A stretch of 64,000 nucleotides of DNA. Origin: Fimbriosthenelais zetlandica (taxonomy: Eukaryota). Made by a program: the position numbers and the translations under genes. Under the pieces are notes generated by a model that worked only from the letters and a program-made list of their open reading frames with translations, did not search any database and was not told the DNA's origin. Location of the stretch: NCBI GenBank assembly GCA_977030845.1, contig OZ365111.1, positions 13,330,001 through 13,394,000 on the forward strand, given 5' to 3'. Within the stretch, counting starts at the first letter, position 1. Each line of letters opens with the position of its first letter. This document shows positions 13,700 to 27,150 of this stretch, piece after piece.

Positions 13700-14600
13700 G
13701 CGGATTTTTATGTGAAATTCTTCTCGGAAAAATGATTAGATGATAATCAAATGAAAGAGGCAGAAAGCAAGAGTGACTTGCTTTATAAAGACAGATGAGG
13801 GCTTCTTTATACCACAATTCATCAATCAATACATTGTGAGAAGGCAGGGGCAACACATCAGTATTTTAGACATGCATGTTCTGCGGTCAATGCCTTAGAT
13901 CTTTTTCCCGATTCTGGCTAAAAAAAGATGAAAGGGGCATATGGGTGAAAGATGGATGTCGTACTTCATTACTTTTTCCCTGTGAAAATGAAAGACATCA
14001 TTTGAATATAAGCCACGGGAGACCTGTGCATCCAGCACGGTCACAGACTCCTCGTAATCTCAAATTATGGCTTCTAAGATAATAGGGACCCATGAGATAA
14101 AATGTCATACGTCAAATATAATGCCTTTGAAAATATATATGTTTCAAAAAGAGCAAATCAAAAAAGATGAATATCAATCAGTCATTTCTCATACATACAG
14201 TAATACCATTCAAAGGCACTTTTCGCTCAATTGATTCATGATAGGGGTATTTCAATTCAGGCTATGAGAAGTTTCATGAAAGTGTGAATATCCAACGAGA
14301 GCAAATACATACATACATTTCATAATGGGCTAATTTGTTTGTACACCTCGCTGATCTGATGGGCAAATAGTCAGACTTTCCAATATGGTCTATTGTTCGT
14401 GCTGTTCGCCATTGGGAATTATTGATTTCCCATCGATTGCCTCATCTATTTATCGACTCCCTTCCAGGCAATATTCAGCAGGTATTGATCAAATATATAG
14501 GGAGAGGAATATGTCTGAATGCTGGTTATATTCAGCTTCCTTCCATGATATGCTTTCATCTATTGTAGACTCATCTATTACCTGTCAAGGTAGGCCTCTA
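13700..14600 (-). mobile_element. CR1/L2-type LINE RT fossil
   Basis: In order on the minus strand: TIDESISWKE (cf. V.ING..S.W..V), FLSLYI (cf. LF.IYIND), EKDL (cf. EKDLGV), ALICLYKA...FDY (cf. LYK.LVRP.LEY). Confidence 0.42.
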
Positions 14601-17600
14601 TTATAAGATATGATGAATGCCAACTAACCTATAAAGCTCCCCCCATATATTATAGACAATACATCACTTCAGAAAACATTGCCCACTTTTTTTTATGTTT
14701 TATGATTAAATACTGTATCTGCAGAGAGTGTAATGAAAGGATGGGCTGATGTAAAGAAGAAGGGAATTGATTTATTTTGAGCAAAGCGTGCTTGCCAACA
14801 CGCTTGAGTGGAGTAATTATGATGCCTGCTTGTAAGGAAGTCTGATAGTTTTGGTTTTGTAGGATTGTGAGTAGCGTGCATTAATCCCACGTTTGACATA
14901 AAGACTCCTTCATTTGACACGGGGTCCCTTTCCTCATCAGGATATGACACGTAATCATTCACGGACTGGCCAGGATATAAGCGATTATTGATTTCCTATA
15001 CACTCTTGGTTACCTTAAGCAATACACTAAGTAATTTGAAGAAGCTCTGTATATTGACAAATCCAGATTATCAAAGTTATGAGATTATTTTTGCAACCAA
15101 CGAAGTTGCATACACAAGTGCAGCCATTTTTTAATCAGAAAGTCAGTGGAGTTTAATATATATGCCCTAGCTTTCACTGCACTAAATTGTAAAGCGCTTC
15201 AACATATTTCACCAATATGTAATAGAGGTCTACAATACTGTAGTCTCATACTAAAATCTCATCATACAAGTATACATACAATATAATTATGTAATCCCAA
15301 ATCTTTTGAATGGGACAGACATATCTCGATATATTTCTATGTAGGTATTTTGAAATTAGCTCTCAGCTGCATATATATTAAGTCTATAATGTACTGCTTT
15401 CCATCTGTTACCAATTTTCAATGTATGAAATTCTCGATCAGATGCTCTAATTCTTTAAGAGCAATGTTCGGACGCACTTTATGTTAAAAAGTGCCATAAA
15501 AGTATCAGACATGATAAAATCATAATATCTAAAAAAAATCTTGAAACATCAATTTTTTGTCTGAGAATAATTAAGTGAGCGTATGATCGGACCTGTAAAT
15601 GTTTAGAATAAAACATCAAAAGTTGTCTGCCCGGTGAACTGAGAATTTTACAAAGGATGAGAAAACTTGCACCGAGTGAAACACTGTTACCGTCCAGAGA
15701 GAGGGGGAGATTTTATAAAAGGCCTTGTAATTATGAGGGATGTCAATGGATTGTCAGAGCCTGCAGCTCGGAACAATGCGCTGCAGGCCCACATTCGTCA
15801 TTAGCTTTTCCATAGGAGGCTCAGGGACAGCAGCAGTGAGGCAAAACAGATAGAAACGATCCTTCTTGGATCGTGCAGGGCCATTACAGGGCGGTTAAAA
15901 AGATCATCTTCTCCACGCTCCTCTTACACACACACGGGTCCGGCTCACGGCCCGGAAATAAACCAAGGCGAAGGAGATTATAACTAACATTTGATCGAAT
16001 CTAAAATGTTTTTTGAATAATAATATATGCAGTCCTGCTCCCCTATTGCGACCATCTTTGGGTCTGAACAAAATGGTATTTTTTTCAACCATATAAGGAA
16101 AGTACAGGAGCAGAAGGTGGGTTAGTGGGTGGTCGGCTGAGTGAGTTGGTCGTATTAAGGATCACTATGTCACAAGGCTGACTGTGGTGTGTATATATGT
16201 GTAGGTGTGAGTGATTATTAGCGGGTTATTATTCACGTGTGATGAGATGTCCACAGGTTGTGAGGTATGGGGAGGAGTGGTGGAAGGTCAGAAGTAGTAT
16301 AACCGCCGCCACCACAAGGGGGCCACCCATCTATTACACACACTCACTCTACACTCATTTATTATACATCACACTTCCAGCTCATTTGTTGCCGGCTCTT
16401 ACACCTAATGCACACCACCTACACAAAAGGCAAATCTCTGATAAATGGACTCTTCTTTCTCGCATAAATGCAACATCGCCCTTTTTTGAAAGCGTAAAAA
16501 TCCAACTGTTGCTGCTGCTGCCGCTGCGGAGATTTTCTCCTTTTCGAGGAGGGAAAGAGAGATGCTCAAGAGCAGCTCGTGATTGGGGGAGTTGCTCGAG
16601 TTAAAATATAAAAGACAGTGTGTTGAGATTTCCTTGGGCCATTCCATCACCGTGAGTTCATTACGGGTTGAAGGGAGCCTGGCAGATATGGCCAGGAAAG
16701 CGTCATGAGTGCTCAGCCAAATCAGGAGTTTATTCTCTCAAAGAGTGCAATTACAGGCAACACAAAATTGGAGAGAGGAGAAAGCAATGCAGGCTAAAGG
16801 CCAAGGCAATGAAGATAATTGGTTTTACTTCAGCACTACCTGACCCTGGCAAAAACGAAATACAGTGCCCTTTAGACACGGTACATTTATCATTTCACCT
16901 GGGACTAAATTCTGACACTGTGGCTCAAATAATTATGTTGAGAAGGCACTTAGAAGTTCGAATCTTATGAGAGCACATCATGAATTTTCCAGAATTAAAT
17001 GTAACTCCAGTGAAATCCTCCTCAATGATAAAAACATTACATTAGTGAGAATATCATAGCATAGGGGTGAATTTGGAACTAAAATGTTACTCTCATTTTT
17101 AAAAACGTCACTGCTGTAAAGACATTATGGTGGATAGTTACAAAGTCTTTGAAATGCACTTAAGGCGTCTTTAGATTTCCGAATGTCCCCTGAAACATGA
17201 ATAATCTCTTAGCGGCACAAAGAAAATAGCCCAAGGTAAGCACCTAAGGTAACAGGTGTGTCCTGTGAAGTAGGGTATGATCATACATCTTGTAGATAAG
17301 GCTTGCTTGTATGTATGATTTAAAGGATAAAGCACCATTATATATAGACACAAAGAGGCATGTCTCTAAGATCTAAAATATGACATTTACAGTTCTGTGA
17401 ATGCTTTCTTTGTTAAAGAGACACTTTTGTCCGTAATGACAAAAAGAAGTAACACAGAGAGCAAAACACTAGCCTTTTGTTGATAACAGTATTTTAACAT
17501 CTGAACAAAGATAAGGATCTATCTCCTTAATCGTGCTTAATTTATAGTTTCTATTGTTCAGATACGGCTATTTGAGCATAGACTCGAGTTAGTGTTTTTT

Positions 17601-18099
17601 TTACCATCTTTGGTTGTAAAGTGAGAGTTCTCTGGTTGGATGGCGCTAGATGCGATAAGATTAAAGGGATGGTATCGGGAAAACATCCTCCAATGACCGA
17701 TTAAATGATCATAATGATAGTGATAGAGCCGCTAGTAGTGCACATGCTGGTGCACATGATGAGGATGACACTCACCTTTGATGAATCATTGTTGATCATG
17801 ATCACAGGTAGCCCTCCATTAGCGTTTGCAGCCAGCCATACCAAAACACTTTATGCCGGAGAGTCAACGCTTCTGTCGGTATGAAGCACACCCATGAAAG
17901 GTGCTATCTTTGCCCGAGGTGCATATAATAGCTAGGATCACAGCAGTAGGCATATCCCTTGATCCTCACTTTCTCTCCAAAGTAGCCGAGCTGCTTTCTA
18001 TATATATTACCCTTTTTCCCTGTGTATAACTCGCTCAATTTACGCTTTGTGGGTGGTTAATTACTTCCAGCTTTTTAGTGCATCATCAGTACTTTCTGT

Positions 18100-18670
18100 C
18101 CTCCACATATCCATGGAAGTTTCAACACAGAGAGCTTTTAATAAGTTGCCATGAAAGGCATGCTTCACAAACGTGCTTTTAAGGTCTTTAGTAGCATCCA
18201 ATGTAACCTTTCTGGTGCAAATGTGGCGAGTGAAACAAGCTGTTATGATACTTTTTGTCCACCCAGGTTTGTCTATTCCACCAGGCAATCAGTTCCTCTA
18301 AGAGACCAATTCAAGGATATAGATGGAAAACTTATTTGCACCTTTTCAATGTGCTCAGATGCATGGATGCTTGATAGGCTTCAGTATGAAAAGCCAGCTG
18401 TCAAATAAGCCATTTGTCAAATGTTGCTGATGAAAATTCCGTCACAGTTTTTAAAAGGACCCTTTTCTATAGGACCAATCCAATGAATATGGTGAGTGTG
18501 TGGGGAGGTATTGCCGGTGAAATGAGAAGTGTTGCCGGCAGGGATTTCCATTTAGGTGACAGAACAAACGAGGCTGTAAAACGCCTTACATGGGGAGACA
18601 GGATTCGTCCTCACTGCTATAGGTTGTCGTTGACCTCTGACACTTATCCATATACTCCTAGTCTGATAAC
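18100..18670 (-). mobile_element. LINE RT C-terminal fossil
   Basis: RLGV, HIEKVQ (cf. IEKVQRR), LELVS*R (cf. L.L.SL..RR) and WQL (cf. WN.LP), in order. Confidence 0.33.
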
Positions 18671-18829
18671 TGTATACATGACAAAATAGGCCTATCCCTC
18701 ACTGACAGCAGACACCCAAACACAACCCAGCCAATTTAACACTCGCAGGTAACCACCTCCTCTTCTTACATCCCGAAATGGGGTTCATCACAATTATAAC
18801 ACCTCAAATTACAGCCACAATGAAAACTT

Positions 18830-19710
18830 TGTTTTAGAAAATTCTGAGTTTCTTTTGGTAAATAAATACCGACAAAGGGAAATTCTCAAATATTATGTTG
18901 ACTTACAATAATGTCATTCTCTGTAAAAAGTGTGAGCGTTTGCATGCAGGGTGTTTTCTGAATGATGAACTAGTTAAATCCCCGGATAAAACCAGGATAA
19001 AACGGTACTATCATATTTACATACAATCAGGTGCCATACATCCTTCAGCAAACTAGATTCCTGAGCCAGAGGGATATTCTACCTACATAGAAAAACACTC
19101 TTTTCAAATGGGCCTGAATACCAGGCTATTGTTGGACATAATATAGTAGACAACCATCCTTTTCTGAACCCAAATCCAGACAAAAAAAGCTTTTTAGCAC
19201 TTCTTTCTCATCCCCTTTTACCCTTTTCTTTCAACAGGAGATTCAGCTCTATGTGCCGAGGCAAACCGTCGCTTGAGTATATTTGATACCCGCCTCCAGC
19301 CATGGGAACCCAAATCCCCCACAATAAGCTGCCGTGAAAGCAGGTGATTCTTTATCCTGAGCTGGAATGGATCGCCACCAGGTGAAAACTGGGGAAAATT
19401 AGCTCTGCCTATAGACAGCCGAGGTACAAATATAATTAAAGGACAATGGGCCAGCGTGATGTATCTCTCCAAAAAGTGAAAGAGAGGGTGATGAATTGGA
19501 GCTGCGAGGCGGAAACTTCCAACAGAATACGGAACATGAAGGTAAATAGGCTACACAGATCCGTTCAAACAAGAGTACGAGACCACTATAATGAATTCAT
19601 CTAAAGGACTTTATGGAACTATTCAACAAAATGGAGATAATGATTTTGAAATATAGTGGGAAGTGCATCGTACAAGGTAAAGGACTATACGTAGGCAAAA
19701 CCTGGTCAGA
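18830..19710 (+). mobile_element. Penelope-like element fossil (RT plus GIY-YIG endonuclease)
   Basis: LENSEFLLVNKYRQ (cf. L.NN.F.F....Y.Q), YLHRKT (cf. VYRKPT), and downstream KYSGKC......YVGKT (GIY-YIG-like). Confidence 0.38.
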
Positions 19711-20759
19711 GGTATAGTCCCCTAATAGAAGAGAGATCGGCCTGTTTAACAGTGCACTGGGGAAGCTATTCTCATCGGACATATAATTAGGTCGTGGAAT
19801 CTGAAAGCATATTCACTTTAGATGATAATGGCAAAAGGCCTGCAGGAAGAGACATATGGGCGAAGAGTGAGAAACAGGCATGATGGGACCAGCTGTAAAT
19901 GTACTATAGATCCCATCTACAGACTGCTGTAGCCCTGGCGCCTATAGTCTGATTTGAATTGAGTTAAAAATACTGTTGTGATGTGTCTCGGGATTCCTAG
20001 ATTATATCCACCATACTACCACTTCCCAATTTCCTCCACCAAGGCAATCCCCTTGATGGCTGTTTCAGCAACGCCTCTGGCCCTAGACAAGAATAAGCAA
20101 TGGTGAAATTAACGAGGCAACTTAACCTTCTTTGTGATAGGCCTGGGTATCGAAGCACCAAGTAACGCGATTCATCATAGCTTTCCCCCAGCCCGATGAA
20201 AGCCATCAATTGACTAACATGAGTAGCTGGTTTCAACACCCAGACTTTTCTGAATGGGAGTATCATCGGGGAACTACCCCCTATCAAACAGATGGTGTCG
20301 GATTCGAAGGAGAAACCCCGCGGAACATCTCAGGCAACAGTGAAAGGGGGGAGAAGAAAAGGTGAAGCGACAAAAGGAAAGGCTTCTGAATCTAAGCCAG
20401 ACATAATTTCTCAATAAAGGCTCGGACTGAAGCAATGTTGTGTATTATGGTTCTGTGACATGGGAGATGTTATCAGTTAGAAGTTGACCATCAGTCGTGT
20501 GAGATGGACATGCGCATGAGGTCCCCAGGCAACACACTTCCTTTTACCATACTATACATCAGCAACCTTGGTGGCGCCTCTATGGGGCCCGACATAGTCG
20601 CCTATACTACCACCTCAGGTCTAAAGAACATGAGTGATGTCAGGGTAAGCATGGGGGATCAAACGAACATCATTTATTCATTACACAATTAACATTATAA
20701 AAAAGAGGGCCGACTATATATGAGGAAGATCCGAGATGTCGAGACAGGCTCCCAGGAGG

Positions 20760-20920
20760 GTTCGAGGTGCGACATGAAAACCCAGTGGGGATGAGTTGCT
20801 TGGCGAGCCCCATTCCTCCCTTGCGACAAACGCTTATCTGCACAGGGTGTTAAGCAATGAAAATGTCGTTTTCTCTCTTGATTGCTTCCTATCGCCTTTA
20901 TGAATATTCTGCCAAGTCTG
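20760..20920 (-). mobile_element. Possible L1-type RT fossil
   Basis: IFIKAI (cf. D.EKAFD), then RNGARQATHP (cf. RGVRQGDP). Confidence 0.23.
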
Positions 20921-21309
20921 ATTTCCATCATTGCATGCAGCCTTGTCTTACAATAAAAGCGATTCCGGCCAAATCTCAGTACAAATATGCTTGCCAGATG
21001 TACAAGCAAATTTCATATCAGCTCCTTCAAGATGCTGTTTATTGCCTTTGACCGGGTTTTCTTGCTTTGCATGGGGTTGAATTTTCAGAACTAAATTCAC
21101 TGCAGGAAAATAGGAATGGTTTAGGAGTATAATAAATATCTAACTTGGACTGCCACCTCCCACCAAGTTAGCATTCCCGGACCTTCCTTGATGGAGTATG
21201 GCTATTATACTTTGGCACTTTGTGAGGAGGTGATGGAGACATGAGTCTCAGGTGCCTTTCACAGCCCGCCTCTTTTAGCACTCCTTCCTGGGACCTCACC
21301 ACATGTGGC

Positions 21310-21960
21310 TTCAAAGACCTTCAATTTCCAAAACAGTTGTCATTTGAAGTCGGTCATAGAGAAAAGAACGCATTCAGGGACCAAAAGTACTCTGCACGTG
21401 CTGAGTCTTTTATGGCCTTTGTCTATGGTCTTCAGACAATGTCTTCGACTTGAGGATGTGTGGGGAAAAGCATAAATCCTGGAGACACAAAAAGCGACTT
21501 TCATGAACATGAGAAAAGCAATCTATAAAGGTAATAACTGTTAGGAGGCAGAGACAATACTAAGAACTATCATATCAATGAAGGAACTAAAGAGACAGTG
21601 TTGAGGGGACATACATGTATTAAACTTTGTATGCTAATATCCTATATAGATAAAATGGGATATGAAATACTAACAAATATAGAAGGTATTTTGTATGAAA
21701 ACAAGCATTTCTCATTCACTCCAGCTAGCGTCTATCAGGATCAGTCATTCTTGTCGTGGGGAGCTGGCCATATATAAGAGGTATGGGTATAAAGGGGAGG
21801 AATATTAATCTAGACTAAGACGACGATTAGACCAGGTTTTTTACCCTGCCACATTGCGGGTATGGGCCAGGATGGTAATGAGGGTATAATATGGGGACTA
21901 TGTGAGACCGCAAAGTGGAATTTTTCTTAGCCATCCCATGGACCAATATCCTTGAGATAC
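21310..21960 (+). mobile_element. Ty3/Gypsy pol fossil (RT, then integrase remnants)
   Basis: DLQFPKQLSFEVGHREKNAF...FM.F.YGL (cf. DL..GY.Q.........KTAF...MPFGL), then WARM...DYVR and IPW (cf. YWP.M..DI..YV..C and PW). Confidence 0.43.
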
Positions 21961-24549
21961 TCATCCTAGAAAAGCTGTTTTTAGAACTCTCGCTAAAGGC
22001 TGAGCAATACAGCCAAAATATAAACAAGAAATATTAGTTCCAGCATCAGATACTGGCGTGCAAAAATATCTCACATTTTAGGTGGCACGGTTCTACTATT
22101 TAAAAAGTTGCCCAAAGTTTGGATGTGAATTTGACCAATATAAACAATTAAACAACAAGCATATTACTTATTCTTTGCGTTCGAGACAATTAGCTGTTTT
22201 CTGAAAACAGCAAATACTACGTTTCTTACAGTTCCACAGAACAAAATGCCAAATCCATTATCCTGCCTGAAAAGTACTTCATAATAAAAGGTGTTCAACA
22301 GGTTAATATTTGACTCGGAAAATGTGTTTTGTGATGGAGCAGAGCAGACGAGACGAGTAAACAAGCCAGGCAAGTCCTGCTCAAGTTGAGCATTGACAGA
22401 GAAATGGTTATATAATCATTAGCTCTGGCATAATCCGAGCAGGGAATAATTGGATGAATCAGAGCGATTCTTGACAGCGGATCTCCCTATGGGTACTTTG
22501 GCCGGGACTGGGCTGCGGATTATGCTTACATGATGAAGACTCTATAAGCGATAAGTAGATCCCACATAGCCTCACCAGCTAGCCCTTCTCAACCGGTGAT
22601 GTGGGATATGGTATGAGACGCTCAGTGAACGCCTGTCCGTCATTATCACTTGCCATCTTCTTCTGTAACGCCGCCATTGTCAAGCTGGAGAGCTTCTCTA
22701 TTATCCAGCACTGGGGGCACTTTAGCACTGATTCCTAATGCAAGATGGATGTGTAGAGGAGTTGGTGAGGAAAGGTCGGGCTGAGAAAAAAAGAGAGTTC
22801 CTTTCAAAGCTATATCTCCACCCTCTGGCAGTCCAAGCAGGTGGAGCAGGAGGAGGAAAGGGGTCGCTCACTCACCAGCTATTGTTTTATAAAGTCTTCT
22901 TTGGATAAGAAATTAACATGTGTGAGCTCGGGAGCAGACTTTGCAGGTGAATTTCAGACCATGAGTCAATGAGATGGGCTCATATGTTTAGGTCTGCAAG
23001 AGGACTTGGGAAGAAAGGTGGGAAGAGAATAAGGTGCTCTTCTTAACGCCTTTCATTACGACACCATTCACATCTAATAGATGTCGTAAAAGGAGTACCC
23101 CACTTGTGCTGCTGCTGGAACCACTCCATGTACTTCTATTTTATCAAAGCGCCGTAATGGACTTAAGATGATTGGATCATTGATTGAACACTTCATGATG
23201 ATGATGCCTGTCAGGTGGACAAATGTTCATTAGAGTACCGCGCCATAAAACAGTCATTTATCTGATTGGCCATGGGAGTTTTGCCAAAGGTAGTCTCTTT
23301 TTGACGCGGCCAACATGGTCATATTCGTTGCTAATGAAGGATGCGTCCCGAGCAAAGCATCGTGGTTACATCCGGAAATGTTTGTGTCGAGATCAATCCA
23401 TTTTCATCGCTGATTCCCAGGATGAACGATTTGAAATCATTGAGCGCTGACTATGCAAACAGAGCCATGCAAGCTGAAACATTCATGGACTATGTGAACT
23501 TTTGAAGATAGTCTTTGTGAAATAAAATTAATTACATTGACTAATCTTCCCTGTTCAAACAAATTTTCAACATCAAATGTCACTCAGACAGTGGAAATAA
23601 AGATGTGGAAAGGAAATAGTTACAGCAAATAGTCACATCCAGGGATGACGATCCTTTCCAGTTTTTCAATTTCGTGAAGAAAAATCGGGCCTTGTGAATG
23701 TCTGGATTTTGCTCCTGATATTGCTTTTGGACATGTATCCCAAACAGGGAACTTTCCCATTCATCAAAAACAGTCTTGAAATAAAGTTTTGATTTCTGTT
23801 GATGCAAGATACATCGCTAGAATAACACAGATATATAAAGGAAAATCTTGGGAATGTAGGAATGCCGTTTACAGAGAAAGAAAAATATTTCTTTGCAATA
23901 GAGGAATCCACATTCATTTCAGAATACCTTTCAACCAAATGTTGCTGTTGTTTTGTTATCATTCCCGTGAGTGGCAGTAGCAGTTCCCAAAATAACCCCC
24001 GAGATTTCTATTTGAAAGTGCAGCTGTCGAGTGTGGGAATGTGTCTGCTGTATAACCCCTGATACCTTATCACCGGGCTGACCTTACCACCAGTCCCAGC
24101 ACAGTGTACTGGGTCCTTTTTCCCTCCCAGGGGATAGCCAGCTTACTCAGCAGATGCATTGGATCTCCTGCTGTAGAGAGGGGGAGAGGAAGAGGAGGAG
24201 GAAGGCCTTTGAGTTGGATGGGCAGTAGAGAGCTGGGAAACCCCTCTACTCCCATCTGGGATTCCCCAACCCACCAGCCCACCAGGTTTTAATGCCCTTC
24301 AAGCCACCGCTGCATGGTGACTTCAATCAGGAAGGAGCTGGCATCACGCATGAGAAGGGCAGACTTGTCCTTATCAAGGGCCACGGTTTTGATTATTTTT
24401 AACATTTAAATGTGTGATTTCTTTAAAAACATGAAACTTGTTTTAATACTTGTGAGTACACCAAGACAGATGAGAGTTTGGATACTAAATGACATGTTAG
24501 ACAAAAACCATATAACTGAGTTGATTCAGTCATATTATATCATTGGAGA

Positions 24550-24720
24550 ATACGGCTGTCTACATAGATATACTATAATTAAACAGTCCAAAATAAAAGA
24601 TTAAGATTCAGATTCAAACTGATATTGACAAACTACTTCAGCCTTTCCAGTCGTTAAACATGGAATTTCGAGAGAAAAAAACTTCAAGGTTCTTGCTTTA
24701 TATTAATAATGTAATATTCC
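24550..24720 (+). mobile_element. CR1/Jockey-type LINE RT fossil
   Basis: IQTDIDKLLQ.....MEFREKK (cf. LQ.DLD.L..W....MEFN..KC). Confidence 0.4.
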
Positions 24721-25299
24721 AAACTCCTTTTTTCATCGATTTAAGGAACATGGATGACACTCGAGGTCATATCCTAGCTTTGAAGTCACAAGTTCAAAAG
24801 CGCGACAGTAATTAATTAAGGAATGTAAAATGGTGTTTGCAACAAGAACTTTGGAGGAAACTAATATGCGGTGAAAAATATAAAGCAAATGGCAAGAGGT
24901 TATCAACATAACTAGCGGGTTAAAAACTGAATTAGACCGAGGCAGAAAAAGCAAGTATCAATATTCATATATTCATGAGACTAGAAGATAAATTTGTTAT
25001 GTTTGTATGGCGAAGATATGGGATTTGTAATGGAAAAAATCCAAACTTATAATTTAGACTTACACTGAGATTAGGGAATATAGGGAATATATGAGGTAAA
25101 GAAAATTCCATCTACCGGTATTTGTGAATACATCAATTAATATAATGTAAATGTATATGTTCACCGATAAAAAGATCACTTTAATTATTTGTTTCTATTA
25201 AAATCGAGTAAAATCACGATTTTCAAGTGTACATTGACTATAGGCTACTTATATCAATACTGTAGCAGTCCACAAGCATATGCTCTCCCTCAATGGGGC

Positions 25300-25550
25300 A
25301 TCCTAGAGCCAAATGAGGCAGGAAGGCAATCTTGTCAAAGGCCTTCAGAGCCATGCGCCTCGGCCATTTAGTCATGATGTACGTAAAGGCAGTGGTAATA
25401 CTATCTAACAATGCTAGTGGCTCTATTATGTAGTCCAATAAATACACCCTAAATTAATCCATGTTCCCCCACACTAGGTTTCCAGCCCATTTTTCTTATG
25501 GGATTCCTATAAACATGTTTCTTCTGACAGTGAATCAATTGCGATCAGCA
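25300..25550 (-). mobile_element. LINE RT fossil
   Basis: YR(N)PI, MGWKPS (cf. Q.GFR..S) and ALKAFDKI (KAFD motif, 25331-25348), in order. Confidence 0.35.
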
Positions 25551-26879
25551 CATCATTATTATGCCGCAGGCGATTTAATCAACATCCTTGTCAGGTGGCA
25601 TGCCATATACAGGGGCAAAAAAACTAGGACATATAACGTTTTGCAATAACATACACACACATATTTCCATTAGTTTTGGAAAATTTCCATCTAAACGAGT
25701 TATGTGGGTGGGACTTTTTTCGCATTTAGGTCGCAGATAAACCATTTTCCTTATCTGTGTTAATTTGTATGTAGAGAGAATTTTTGTTGGGAGATGCTAA
25801 TGTATCAGGTAATGTAGGTGTTCAGGGATTACCATACTCAGCCTTACATGAAACAGGCCTTAATTACACCGAGGGTAATCACAGAGGTTAATGACTTTCT
25901 GGCAGCAGCCTCTTCTGATGCTCAGTTTGAATAATAGATATTTTGATTTGGCTTTCAGTGAAGAGGGCCATTAACTGAAGGCACCAGACATTCATTTCTA
26001 ATTATTTCCCAATATCCTACAAGCAGTAAGATGAGAGAAGAGACACTGAATAAAATATGTGTAATTTAAGCCAAGTTTCATGGCGAATAAGGCAGAAAAA
26101 AATCTTCTGCGCTGAAGAACGGTTTGTGGTTTTTGACTCGGTTGCTTCGAGAATTGTACAAGTCGACTGCGCTAGTGATGCACTGGGGGATGTGCAACTC
26201 TATTTCGTTACACTTGTTCCTTTTGGGAGCCATTTTGCTGAAGTGTCTTTATTTACAACTCATAAAAGACCACTCGTTCTTCCTTCTATAGACACAAGAT
26301 CTAAGTTTCCCAAGCCTGTACTATCGATTCTGTATGTAGAACTGTTGGGAGTGGCACAGAGGCAGGACAAGCAATCAATAGACTCATCACAAGCAGACAA
26401 TCTTCAATTATTAACCATCGCTTCCCACTGTTGTGCAAAAGAAAAATCATCATATGCACTGTGCTGGTAATCCATAGGGTAAAACATTTCCTCTCGCAAA
26501 CAATAAGGTGTTCACATATGAATATGGCAGGATAATCACACAATGTGTCCAATGCTGGGCCCATGACAATTGCTTTGACTTTCTTTCACATTTATATTAT
26601 CCATGCCTGGCAGGTATCTTTTCAATGCAGAAGCAGTTTGCCTGAAGAATAGTCTAATGCTCATTATCAAAGTCTCTTGTATTTGTGTTCACTCTTCAAT
26701 TTCAGAATCACTGTTCAGAGTTGCAAATCACTCACAAAATAAGATAAATGGAGCATTTCAATCTTTCTTTCTAGAACTAGCTTTACATATTATGTCGAGC
26801 ACACGTCTGAAAGGATATTGAATAGAATCAAATCACAGTGCTACAACTCCTAAAGGAGTATTTCTTAAAAATATATATT

Positions 26880-27150
26880 ATCTCTCAGAGGGTCTTCCCC
26901 GCCCAGCGCATCTACTTTCCCTTGCTCGTCCAGCATCCATCAATCAACACAAATTCAGTTATCAATCGGCCTTGCTATTCCATTAAGGCTTTAATCAATC
27001 ATCAAGATCACTGTGGAATTTTTAAAGAGTTTGACTACCAAAAGTTTCGCTTTGAAATTCTTGTCAGGAGACACACACCCTTTCTCCCTCGTAATGCCTT
27101 CAGCTATGAAAGACATACTCTGTAAATTCGCAGGGAATTCTCGTTATACC
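26880..27150 (+). mobile_element. RTE-like LINE RT fossil, internally deleted
   Basis: SQRVFPAQR (cf. Q.GFR..R), IFKEFD (cf. KAFD), VRRHTPFLP..F.Y (cf. GVRQGC.LSP.LFN.Y) and KFAG (cf. FADD), in order. Confidence 0.43.
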
